A stretch of 64,000 bases of DNA from Yuukianura sp. NJ FZ-2021 (taxonomy: Eukaryota): assembly GCA_046563655.1 (NCBI GenBank), contig CM102289.1, positions 8,990,001 to 9,054,000 on the forward strand, given 5' to 3'. Position numbers and translations under genes: made by a program. This document shows, piece by piece, positions 36,364 through 48,630 of this stretch. Position 1 is the first letter of the stretch. Each line of letters opens with the position of its first letter. A model generated the notes under the pieces. The model made no database searches. It worked only from the letters and a program-made list of their open reading frames with translations, and was not told the origin of the DNA.

Positions 36364-39136
36364 ATGTCAGCCATAGTTGCGCCGAGTGATTATGTGCTGG
36401 AAGCAGTCAACATTTACTACACGGGACATGTATGCAATGAGAACAATTTAACTACTAATATGGAGTTCTCATTTTTGCAAACCTTTTACACTAATCTACT
36501 AAACAGTTTAGGCGAATTAGTGGGAATTTTTTTTTCTTTAGATTGAACCAGTAACATGGACGAAACAGATTACAGGAACGACAAAAAGCGGCTTGATACT
36601 TCGGGATGTGTCTTTCGAAGTACATTCGGGCGAAATTATGGCAATACTTGGATCAAAAGGTAATAACCGCATGTACTAATCACTACTACAGTGCTTCTTA
36701 GATAATGATGGTTAATCACGATCATAATTTAACATTTTCAGGAAGTGGGAAGAAGGCTCTTCTGGATGTAATCGGTTGCAGAGCCTATGGACCACGAAAA
36801 GGCTACGTATTACTCAATGGAGTCAATATTAATCGACGACTTTATCAAGTAACATTGATTACTTTTTTATGCTGGCAAAAGTTCTACCTTAGGATGCGGA
36901 CTCTAAATCATGGTTAATGCTTTTTCAGTCTGCCGGAAGCTATTTGAATGGAATGGGAGATGAACACTTACAGCCGGGCCTCACTGTTTACCAAACGTTG
37001 TACTACGAAGCCTGTTTGACCCTGAACGTTCCATTCGGCGTTAGGAAGCTCAGGATAAAACAAATTCTGTCCGATGTAGCTTTGAGTAAGTGATTAATCA
37101 TAACTTTCGCGGCTATTAACTTACTTTAAAGCTAACCTTTTTTTATTTTGATTTTAGCACAAGCTGCAGAAACAAACGTTGACAACCTCACAACTTCTGA
37201 AAGGCGGAGACTTTCGCTGGGTGTACAGCTAATGAAAGATCCAGTTGTCCTTCTTGCTGACGAACCAGCATGGAACCTTGATCCGCTCAACACTTACTTC
37301 ATCATTTCAATTCTATCCAACTATGCCAAAAAGTACGGAAGGATTATGATACTGACCATGGAGAAACCCCGATCTGACATCTTCCCATTCCTGGATCGAG
37401 TCACTTACTTATGTCTGGGAGATGTTGTATACTCTGGAAACACTCGACGCATGTTAGACTATTTTCGGACAATTGGATTCCCATGTCCGGAAGTGGAGAA
37501 TCCTCTTATGTACTACCGTATGTTGATAAATACTACCTTCTCTTCATCTCTTCAAAAAAAAACTGATGCTGACTAATCGTTTGAATTTACATTTTTAGTG
37601 TGCCTTGCCACCGTGGATAGACGAACACATGAACGTTTCATCGAATCTAACAATCAAATCGGCCTTCTAGTAGAAAGATTCAAATCTGAAGGCAGTTCTT
37701 ACCGTAAAGGCGGAGCGAATTTCACGTCGATCGAAGGTAGATCTTCGGCTGCTCCGTTACACGCTCTCGGAGGACCTTCGTTTCTTGGGAGTGTCGGAAG
37801 TCTTGTGACGTAAGTTTAAACTGCGATTGACTTTAATAGTTTAATATTTTAGTAACGTTTTTGTTACGTTTTGTGTTTTTGTATCGTTTTTGCTACGTTT
37901 TGTCTAATGCGTTTCGATTTCTGTGTTTTTAGGCGAAACTACGCAAGCACATTCACGTTAACTTGGCGAGGATTGAGAAACATCTTCTTCGAGTTGCTTT
38001 TTCTTCCGCTGCTGTTCTTAATTACGTGGATCTTCTACTTTGGAGCTCAGGTAACTGATGAAAGAATGAATTCTGGATGAAGTTATAAGGAACTGTGAGT
38101 GTGGCCTGGCGTGATTTTTTTTTTTTGTTGATCTTGCATGTTTGTCCTCAGTTTTGACTAATCTTGTTCATTTTCGTTTTTATTACGTTTTTTAGAATTC
38201 ATATCAGCATGCCTACGTTACCCAAAATGGTCTTGTCCTTAATATAATTTGCGTCACTTATTATGCTTCAATATGGTCCACGATTGTCACTTGTATGTCC
38301 ACATGTTTGCATTTGTGTTGAAATAATGATTAACATGATTTTAAAAAGAATTTTGAAAAGTTCTTTTTGATTTCTCAACAGTTAAAGTACATCGTGACCG
38401 CTATTATCAAGAATCACGAGAGGGACACTACTCTGGTCCAACGTTCATCCTGGCATATGCACTGTCCAACATTCCGATTGCTCTGATCGTTTGTCTGATT
38501 TCTTCTCGGCTAGCCTTTGAGTAAGTTTTTTTATGACTTACGCCGACAGACGTACTCCCGAAGTATTTCGACTTATCACAAGAAAATATTTGTTTGTTTA
38601 GGTGCAGCGGCCTCTCGACAAACACAGATTGGTTTCTGATGTACGGAATCGTTTATGCCACGTATTCATTCGGTGTCCAGCAAACACTGCCAGTCATGCT
38701 TGTGGTCAAAGATAAACTGCGTGCTGCTGCTTTGATGTTCGCCATTGCCGGAATCACTATCGTTCTGTCCAGTGGAACTGTCAAGACCATGAAGAGTTTG
38801 CCAGAATGGCTCTACTACTTAACCTACGTCACACAGCCACGCTACACGGGTGCGTTTCTGAATCAACAAATATTTGAGCAGTATGATCAAGAACTGCCAG
38901 TACTCCGAGAGATTACGAGGTCATGTAACAAGAATGCTTGGGCGGATGGATGCGTCTATGTCAATGGGACACACTATCTGAGTGAGCGCTACTACACTGG
39001 TGCGTCAAGAAACGACCTTGACTTGTATTTGAACTTTGGGCTTTCGTTTGTGTTTCCAGTGCTGTCGTTTTTTCTTAATCTGGTTATTTATAGTTTGCCG
39101 CTTCCAGCACTGGTCAAACTAAAATTTAGGGAGTGA
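36364..39136 (+). CDS. ABCG half-transporter, arthropod ABCG5-like, with a degenerate NBD
   Basis: NBD-TMD order. GEIMAILGSKGSGKKA, LTTSERRRL, LLADEP and TMEKPRSDIF motifs, multiple TMs, C-terminal LKFRE. Confidence 0.88.
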
Positions 39137-39696
39137 ATGCTGTTCAGAATTTAAGAATCTCGTACAAACATGAAAGTCTTCCTGTTCAATGCAAACTTAA
39201 ATGTGCAACTTAACAAAACAGAGGTGATGGTTATAGTAATTTATGGTTAGTATTCAAGGGACACGCTTAACTTGGCAAATCAATTAATCAATTGACTTAA
39301 CTTGATTAACTGCAAGATAAAACTGACTACCGTCCAAATTTCTCATGTGCCGTAACATTTTTAGTTTAGTATTTACTTTTTCCAGGGACAGACATGGTGG
39401 TTTTTATATATTTTTTATATATTTATCATTTATCACAAGTCACTTTACAACTGTATGTTAATACCGGTGGGAGCTACTAATGTTAACTAATTGTAAGCAT
39501 TACAAAATTATTTCTCTGATTCTGTCGTCATTCTGTTATTAAAATGGCCATTAAATTTACATAAATGCTACTTCTGCATGTGCAACTTTGTCACGTGATG
39601 GATCAATTCCCTTTTCATCTGATTCGTCAATTGTCGTATGAGCGAATACTGATTCCTGTTCAGAATTTGAAGATTAAAGTGATTTCGCTTTCTGTT

Positions 39697-41952
39697 TTAT
39701 GAAGTCGGTGCGAGCTCCATTGGTTTCAAATCAGGGGAAATCTCAAAGACGCAACTCGTAGCATCAACGATATCCTGTGGAGACACTCCGTTGGCAATTT
39801 CAATGAGCGTAAGGCCTTTCTCCTTGTCCACGTTGAACACTCCCTGGAATTGTTGAGTTAAACATAGTGATTTGAATTATAAGCAGGCATAAATGAATCT
39901 TCAATTAGTCAAATACTGTGAGCTTTGGCAAAGAACTTACCAACTCAGTGATGATCATGTGGACACATTGGTGACCTGTCAAGGGGAGCGTACACTTGTC
40001 CAGTATTTTAGGAATACCGCCTAAAGTTTGGAAATAGTTTACTCAATTATTGAAGACCAATGCTACGTAATTGTCCTAATTGGCAAGGCAATACGCCGCT
40101 TGGCAGTACCTTTAGCAGTATGCTCCATTGTCACAACAACTTTTGTGCCAGCTCCAGCGGCTGAAACCAGGTCCATGGCACCACCCATTCCCTTGACCAG
40201 TTTCCCCTGAAATCAGGCGGTAAATGGTGAGTTTATTTTAGGCTAATAGGTTAGATTAATCGAGTATCTTACCGGCACCATCCAGTTGGCAAGGTCGCCG
40301 TACTTTGAAACTTGCATTGCTCCCAAAATGGTGAGGTCAACGTGTCCACCTCGAATCATGGCAAAACTCTCATCGCTGGAGAAGTATGAAGCTCCTGGCA
40401 GTACTGTCACGGTTTCCTTCCCTGCATTGATCAAGTCGGGATCTTCTTGTCCAGGTTTTGGAAATGGACCAAGTCCGAGAATGCCATTTTCACTCTGAAG
40501 GTTGACAGTGATACCCGGTGGAATGTAGTTGCTTGCAAGCATCGGCATTCCAATACCCAAATTGGCTAAAAATAGGCACAAAAACTCGAACTTTACAACT
40601 CCTTACTCAAGCACTGCAAAGATTTATAAATTGAAAGTTACTAACCATACATGCCGTCTTTGAACTCCAACGCAGCTCTCCTGGCAATTTGCTCTCGCAT
40701 TGCTTTGGCAGGATTCTTGGAAGCGGCGGACTTGGATGAACTTGGCTCTTTTTGCAGAGTGAGTCTCTGCACACATCAGACAATGAATCAGAGACAATGT
40801 TTAAGATAGAAACATAATTAATCGACAGTTTCTAATTAAGTCTTGCCCTACCTCAATTCGTTTCTCATACTTTTCTCCCTTGATGACCCTGTGAACGTAA
40901 ATGCTTGGGATATGAATATCTTCAGGCTGGAGAGCCCCAATGTCAACTATCTCTTCAACTTCAGCAATTGTTACTTTCGCTGCTTTGCACATCGTGGGAT
41001 TGAAGTTCCTCGCTGTTTTTCTATTTAGAAAAAGCACAAGTAGTAACCAGTTAACATAAAGATTATGAGAAAGTCTAACTCAGCAATTGAAGATTTGGAT
41101 ACCTGAAAATCAAGTTTCCCGCTCGATCAGCCTTCCATGCCTTGACGAGAGCGTAATCCCCGGTGATGGCCTCTTCCATAATGTATCCTCTCCCGTTAAA
41201 AAGTCTCTCCTCTCGTTCTTCGCTACAAATTTCGACACGACCATCGGGTGCATACTTAATTGGCGAACCTCCTTCATGAATCAGAGTTCCATGAGCAGTA
41301 GGTGTGTAAAATGCTGGAATTCCTGCCCCGCCTGCTCGCACACGTTCAGCTAGTGTTCCCTGAAGAAGTAAGAAGGTTCATTCTACAAATCAAGATCAAC
41401 TGAATACTGCAACTGTCAATCTAACCTGCGGTGTGAGCTCCACTTCCAGTTCTCCAGCCAAGTACTGACGTTCAAACTCTGCGTTTTCACCGACGTAAGA
41501 GGAAATCATGCGCCTAATTTGCTTTTGCTTCAGAAGCAGTCCGAGTCCAAAGTTGTCCACTCCTGCATTGTTGCTGACGACTGTTAAGTCTTTGACCTTG
41601 GTTTCCAACAGGGCATGAATTAAGTTTTCAGGAATTCCACAGAGACCGAAACCTATAATAAAAATTCAGAGGTTAAACAAACATGATCTTCTATAAAGTC
41701 TGTTCCACGAATTTCATAATCGGATTACCTCCTACTAAAAGCTTGGAACCATCGCGAATATCCTGGACTGCTGCAATTGGATTGTCATAAAAGTGAGCAT
41801 CTCTTTGCGAAGATGTGGAAAATGAACACTGAAAAGAAACGAAATGTTATCCGAAATGAAAAAAAAATGGAATGTTTAGTTACCGTAGCCGGGAAGGCAC
41901 TCCTAGCAAGACACCGATTCGCCAATAGCTTGGTGATGCTGGAACGTAACAT
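39697..41952 (-). CDS. OXCT1: Succinyl-CoA:3-ketoacid CoA transferase (SCOT), copy A (canonical)
   Basis: Mitochondrial presequence-like N-terminus, [16 protein letters not shown], catalytic QSENG and [10 protein letters not shown]. Confidence 0.96.
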
Positions 41953-42129
41953 TTTCTCTCAAAACCTATGTATTTACGTTTATGTCGTCGACGTTTGCAT
42001 AAACTGTCTGTAAATTGTGATATAGTACACTCTCGAATCGAGAGTCCCTCAATAAACAACAATGAAGTGGCTATGTTACACAGAGCACAAGAGACCATAT
42101 GATGTATCGAATGTGAAAAATGGGTTGGG

Positions 42130-42345
42130 GTAAGGTCTAACGGTCATTATTGTAGTCCACAATGTAGCCACTTTACGGATACAATGGGTCGCTACACTAT
42201 TATGCGGCTACTTTTGACGCCACGTTTGAATATTATTTTTTAAGTTACGGAGCAGCTACAAATGTTGCCACTGGGTGTAGCCATCAGCCATGATACAAAA
42301 TGGCCGGAGTGGCAGGCTAAACGGCCGCGGCTACAACGACCTTCG
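42130..42345. mobile_element. Degenerate MITE-like relic with TGTAGC/GCTACA motifs
   Basis: Recurrent GTAGCCAC/GGCTAC motifs in both orientations. The terminus GCTACAACGACC matches 48134-48145 in reverse complement. Confidence 0.4.
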
Positions 42346-42677
42346 CTAGTACTTATGTCAACCGCAAAAGGTGCAACCGTAAATAAAAGTTAATTATGTA
42401 TTACTAGATTACAACTTCAAGTTGGTTATTTTCTGGAGAACCAATGAAAGTTGGAGCTAATTGTCAAGGACATTATTTAATTTAACATTTAGTCGCTAGT
42501 TGGAATTAGTTCCAGCCCATGCTCAAGTTGCTTCCAAGAGCGATGATGTTTTTGATCTCATAAATAAAGAACAGCATGAACACGCTAAGTAATCGGGAGA
42601 ACTTCAAGATAAAATTAGAAAGTAAACAAGCCGATGTCGCCTATTTTATGAACGAACACGTCGAGTAATGTAGTCAA

Positions 42678-45051
42678 TCAATCACTCTCCGAATCTTCGA
42701 GTTCCACTATTCCGTCCAGCCCCTCTTTTAGTTTATCTAAACCACTTAAGTTCTCTAGATAAGCTGGGTCATTGAGAGCCTTCAGGACTAGCTCAAAACC
42801 TTCTGCCTTGAACGCATTCACCACCTATAGAAAACCACAATTCATGAAAAACCTAAGTAATCATTGATTACTAATAAACGTACTATTTGTAAGGAAAAAA
42901 TTGTCACCTTATCTGAACAGGCACTGCACTTATCGAACTTTTGAAATGTCGGAGCAATTTGCTGGGACGTAGACAGCCATCCACGAATGTTGTGTGGTGG
43001 AACTCCTAGCGTTGGATTCTTCGTTCCTTTATCGTAGTGCAGAACGGATGCCATTACCTCAACTGCTAGCGCTGCAGCCATCATGCTAACTCCAGGTCGA
43101 GTCACAGTACATTGTTGGTCCAGAGTTCGATCTTGAGTGGACTATGAAAGAGATCAAACAATGAAGAAAGTAATTTGAAGAAAAGTTAATTTATTTTATT
43201 CTTACGTCTCCAGGAGCTACGACATCAGTACAAAAGTAGCAGCCAAGATCCTCCGTGCGTCGGCCATGTCGCAGGACGACGTATCTCTCAAAACCAAGTG
43301 CTGCGTTGATGACGAGCTTGTCATACGTAGCTCCAAGAAGTGTCGGAAGCCAACGACTTTCTCTGGTGTCGGTTAGTAGAAAAACTACGTCGTGAGACTT
43401 AATCAAGTCATCTAGAATTTGGAAGTCAGTTGTAATCTTTTCAATAGTTGAAGGGGAAGACGGGTGACCAGGCATTGGGATGTGAAGGTCAAATCCTTTG
43501 GCTTCAATTCCAGGAAAAATTAATCTCAAGCTATCCGCAGCAGCAGCAGCTTTCGGTTTGCCAGCATCCGTATAGTTGAAAAGACTTTGGCGAACTGGAT
43601 TCGAGTAGGAAACCGTTGCGGAATCAATTAAACTCATGTGGCGGACTCCCCAGCCCTAAAATTTTTGCAGAATTTTAAGATTCAAGTAAAAAATTTATGT
43701 TTTAAATGTGATAAAGTTCCTATAAAATTACCATAAGTGTTCTTGCAACGTTACAACCAAGAGTTCCTGCGCCGATTATACAAACTTTAGTGTTATGCAT
43801 CTGGTTCAAGTCGAATTCTGGAAAAACTCTCCACTTCATTAATTTCAAGTTGAAGTCGACAAAAGATGCTGACAGTGTCACAGGATCCAAGTTAGATTTC
43901 AAATCAACAGTTTTAGGAATTAATTTGTCATCGGTCCTTTCCCATCCCAAGATTTTGGGATTTACTTCCCAGTCATCTAGAAACTAAAAACGTTTTGTAC
44001 AGTATCGTTTCTGGTTTTGTTTTTTCTCCTCATTTTCAGTTAATTTTTACCTCGACTTTTATAGAATATATACAGCTTTGTGAAAATTCCGATTTGTGCG
44101 GCCGCAGACTCAGCAGTTTCACCTCTGCTCCAGAAGAAAGATTCCTAAAAAGAGGGACAAGCACCAGATAATTAGAAACTCAAAGCACAATAAGTTACGT
44201 TAATCCCTGAACTACGCTAACGCGTTAGTAATAGTGTACCTGGTTTTGATTATATAAGCTAGATAATTCCGTATAACCCAGCCAGGAACATGACTAATTC
44301 CAGAGGGTTCAAGGTATCCGAATACTTCATTTCCAGTATCCTCTCCTAACGATTTCAATTGAAACGTTTCTGTGTCAGCTAAAAAGAACCCAGTTTTCCA
44401 AAGTTCGTTGTGAGAGACGAATTGAGTTCTAAATGTTTCAGGAATTTCATCGGACTTGATTTGAGTGATGTGGATACTGCTGACGGCAGGAAATGCAAAC
44501 CAATAAGTGAATGTGTACGACTTCAAATCCTATTAGTAATCCACCATGAGTTAAGAAATTACATCCAACATTAGTAGATAGTAGTAGCAACGTTCCCTTC
44601 AAAGTCAAAAGAAGTTTTACTTACAGGATAAGCTAACACAACAAATTTCGTGAACGGGGTCAACGTGTCACCAGAATCTCCCTTTCCTTTATCAAAAGCA
44701 TCTTTGATGAGTTGATTCTTGTCGACTTTCTTGAACTCATCAAGGGACTCCGTAGTTACAATTTCTCCTCTGACAGCAACCTGGTTGTAGTACGATGCCG
44801 GTTTCCTGTAAGAAAAATTGGCGTGCTGTCTTAGAAAAACTTTAAAATGAATAGATTTACAATGATTTTTTGACATACTCATCGAAAGATGTGTGGTCCA
44901 CAGAGAAAATGGAAGCGCTGATACTGGAGGGGCCATAGTATCCCCAAATTGGGTGTCTGGAAGCTACTGACTTCTGGTCCAGTGCTATATCAAAGAACTT
45001 TTGCCAGAAGCCAGGCGATATAATGGAACTAAACGGGCAGACCTTCGCCAT
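42678..45051 (-). CDS. ATG7: Ubiquitin-like modifier-activating enzyme ATG7, 8 exons, ~606 aa
   Basis: [53 protein letters not shown] and the catalytic [10 protein letters not shown]. Confidence 0.97.
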
Positions 45052-45240
45052 TCTAATTACTTCAATTAATTCACACCTAGTAAACTCAATCGGTAACAAA
45101 TGAATTCAATCGTTCACCTTACGTGTTCGACAAGATTATTCAGTGATTTTTTCCGCCGTCAGTCAGTCTACTTTGTCCTGTCACTCGTCATATGTTTTGA
45201 CAACTCCCTATAACATGTAAATATTAGAGTTGATCTAAAA

Positions 45241-45298
45241 GTGCCACTCACTACACACCATCACCCGCAGCAGAGATGGACACATTTTAAAATTCAGT
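45241..45298 (+). repeat. Direct repeat, copy 1 (left boundary of the SCOT-B block)
   Basis: GTGCCACTCACTACACACCATCACCCGCAGCAGAGATGGACACATTTTAAAATT is similar to 48147-48205. Confidence 0.75.
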
Positions 45299-45560
45299 TC
45301 GAAAGCAATGGTTTTATATATTTATCATTTATCACAAGTCAAGTCACTTTTACAACTGTAATGTTAATATCAATGGTGGTAATTGTTAGGTTAGGTAACT
45401 ACTAATTGTAAGCATTAAAAATGTTTGTCTGATTCCATTGTTTGATACGTCAATTATCGCATGAGGGAATACTGATGCCTGCTGACAGTCTTTTTTACAA
45501 GTGGGAAATGCATGCGGAATGATTCCAGAATTTGACGATTGAGTGATTTCGCTTACTGTT

Positions 45561-47883
45561 TTATGACGCGGGTGCGAGCTCCATTGTTTTCAAATCAGGG
45601 GAAACCTCAAAGACACAACTGGTTGCATCTACGATATCCTGCAGAGATACTCCACTGGCAATTTCAACGAGCGTAAGGCCTTTCTCCTTGTCCACGTCGA
45701 ACACTCCCTGGAATTGCGGAGTTAAACATTATGTTTTCAATAATAAACAGCAATTTCAATGATAAGCGTCACTTTCAATCATAATGTTAAATGAATCTCG
45801 AATTAATCCAATAGTGGAAGCTGTGACAAAGGACTCACCATCTCAGTGATGATCATGTGGACGCATTGGTGACCTGTCAAGGGAAGGGTACACTTGTCCA
45901 GTATTTTAGGAACACCACCTAAAGTTTGGAAACGTTTTACTTATGATTATTGAGGACCAAGTTATGTCATTCCGATAGTTGGCAATACGCTCCTTAGCTA
46001 CCTTTAGCAGTGTGTTGCATTGTCACAACGACTTTGGTGCCGGCTCTTTCGGCTGAAACCAGGTCCATGGCACCACCCATTCCCTTGACCTTTTTGCCCT
46101 GAAATCAAGCGGTAAATGGTGAGTTAATGATAGGTTAAGTTAATTGATTAGATTAATGAATAAATTGAATTGGATTAGATTAATCGAATATCTCACCGGC
46201 ACTACCCAGTTGGCAAGGTCGCCGTACTTTGAAACTTGCATTGCTCCCAAAATGGTCAAGTCAAGGTGTCCTCCTCGAATCATGGCAAAACTCTCATCGC
46301 TGGAGAAGTATGAAGCTCCTGGCAGTACTGTCACGGTTTCCTTTCCTGCATTGATCAAGTCGGCATCTTCCTGTCCAGGTTTTGGAAATGGACCAAGTCC
46401 CAGTATTCCATTTTCACTCTGAAGGTGGACTGTGATACCCGGTGGAATGTAATTGCTTGCATGGACTGGCATTCCAATGCCCAAATTGGCTAAAAAATCA
46501 TGTTTTACGTGTAACCAATGCTGCCTGTAGGGAAGATTTAACATATAAATTGAAATTTTACTAACCATACATGCCGTCCTTGAACTCCAAAGCAGCTCTC
46601 CTCGCAATTTGCTCTCGAATTACTAGGGCAGGATTCTTGGGAGCGTCGGACTCGGATAACGCTGGGTCTTTATGCAAAGTGAGTCTCTGCATACATCAGA
46701 ATCAGAACATCTTTAAAATAGAAACATAATTAATCGACAGTTTTTAATTATGTCTCGCCTTGCCTCAATTCGTTTCTCATACTTTTCTCCCTTGATGACC
46801 CTGTGAACGTAAATGCTTGGGATATGAATATCCTCAGGCTGGAGAGCCCCAATGTCTACTATCTCCTCAACTTCGGCTATAGTCACTTTCGTAGCCTTGC
46901 ACATCGTTGAATTGAAGTTATTCGCTGTTTTTCTGTTTCAAAATAATAAACCAGTTTATAAAAACACATGCTAGTAGTTAGAGAAATTGAAAATTGACAT
47001 TACCTAAAAACCAAATTTCCAGCTCGGTCAGCCTTCCAGGCCTTGACGAGAGCGTAATCCGCGGTGATGGCCTGTTCCAAAATGTATCCTCGTCCATTAA
47101 AAAGTCTCTCCTCTCGTTCTTTGCTGCAAATCTCGACACGACCATCAGACGCATACTTAATTGGCGAACCCCCTTCGTGTATCAGGGTTCCATACCCAAC
47201 CGAAGTGAAAAATGCTGGAATTCCTGCCCCACCTGCTCGGATACGTTCAGCCAGTGTTCCCTAAAGTATTATTATATAAATCAAGGTCCACTGAATACAG
47301 CTAGCTAAGCTTACAATTATAAAGTACTCGTTCTAACCTGCGGTATGAGTTCCACTTCTACTCCTCCAGTCAAGTATTGATGTTCAAACTCTGCATTTTC
47401 ACCAATGTAAGAGCAAATCATGCGTCTAATTTGCTTTTGCTTCAGAAGTAGCCCAATGCCAAAGTTGTCCACTCCTGCAGTGTCGCTGACGACTGTTAAG
47501 TCTTTGACCTTGGTTTCCAGTAGAGCATGTATCACGTTTTCAGGAATGCCACAGAGACCGAAACCTACAGCAAATCTTCAGAACGTCAGGAAATCTCGAT
47601 CTCGTTTAAAAGATGCGCTATGAATTTCATAATCGGCTTATTACCTCCGAATAAAAGTTTGGAACCATCACAAATATCCTGGACCGCTGCAATTGAACTG
47701 TCATAAAATTTAGCATCTCTTTGCGAAGATGTGGAAAATGAACACTGAAAACAAAGGAAAAGCTATTAGTGTTCTTTCTCGCGAATGGAAAGCAAAACTG
47801 GTATGTTTAGTTACCCTTGCCAAGAAATTACTTGTAGCAAGACACCGATTAACAAGTAGCTTCGTTATGGTATAACGTAGCAT
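45561..47883 (-). CDS. OXCT1: SCOT copy B (diverged paralog, reading frame apparently intact)
   Basis: Same exon structure as copy A. SENG is retained, there are many substitutions, and one intron (46763-46687) is GC-AG. Confidence 0.9.
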
Positions 47884-48146
47884 TTCTGTATCCTTTGTAT
47901 TTGACCTTAAGTCTCTGAAGTCACGCAGTACGACTCGTAAGTTACCAGTTAAGCTAAGAAACGTAATTTACGACGACGTGACAGTTTAACAAGCAGTTTA
48001 TGTCACAAGTCGTTAAGGCTGTTGTTAGTAATTAAACTATCACGTACTAATTACTAATTAAACGTACTATTAATCACACGTTATACCTTATCTCTAAAAC
48101 GATTGACGTCATATGTCAAAAATGTAAATACAGGGTCGTTGTAGCA

Positions 48147-48205
48147 GTGACTCACACTACACACCGTCACCCGTGGCATAGATGGGCGTATTTATAAAAT
48201 TTAAT
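48147..48205 (+). repeat. Direct repeat, copy 2 (right boundary of the SCOT-B block)
   Basis: GTGACTCACACTACACACCGTCACCCGTGGCATAGATGGGCGTATTTATAAAATT. Confidence 0.75.
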
Positions 48206-48630
48206 TTATAAATATTCTTGCTTTATAATTAACCTAAACCATAAAGTAACAAATTTAACTAACAGATAATTAGTGGATTAATTAATGAGTGTAGTAATAA
48301 AATGCCAATTGCTGAATGTATGAAATGTGTCAAGCATGACAAGGGTTTAACCTCATGTACTTTTTACACCTGATGATTTTAATTGATTTGTTTGGCCGGG
48401 TCTGGAAATGTTGTTTTTGTTTCAATCAGGTTTGCAGTTTCAGTGTCACCGACGAATTGGTTTCTCTAACGCTTGATCGCTGATCGGGATCTTGATTGGT
48501 AAGGATTGCTCTTTGTTATTTTGTTCAAAACACAAATTAGTTAGTTAGTTAATCGTAATCCGTGTATCGTTAGGATTTGAGGCTATTAGACCCGGACGAT
48601 AAGGGCTCGGCAAAGGAACAAGAATCGAAT

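Noticed and set aside
42678..45051. ATG7 truncated or pseudogenised because it is short
   Set aside because: All exons join in frame and the catalytic motifs are intact. It is simply compact.
39697..47883. SCOT duplication as an assembly or haplotype artefact
   Set aside because: The copies differ extensively in introns and coding sequence, and the intervening ATG7 is single-copy.
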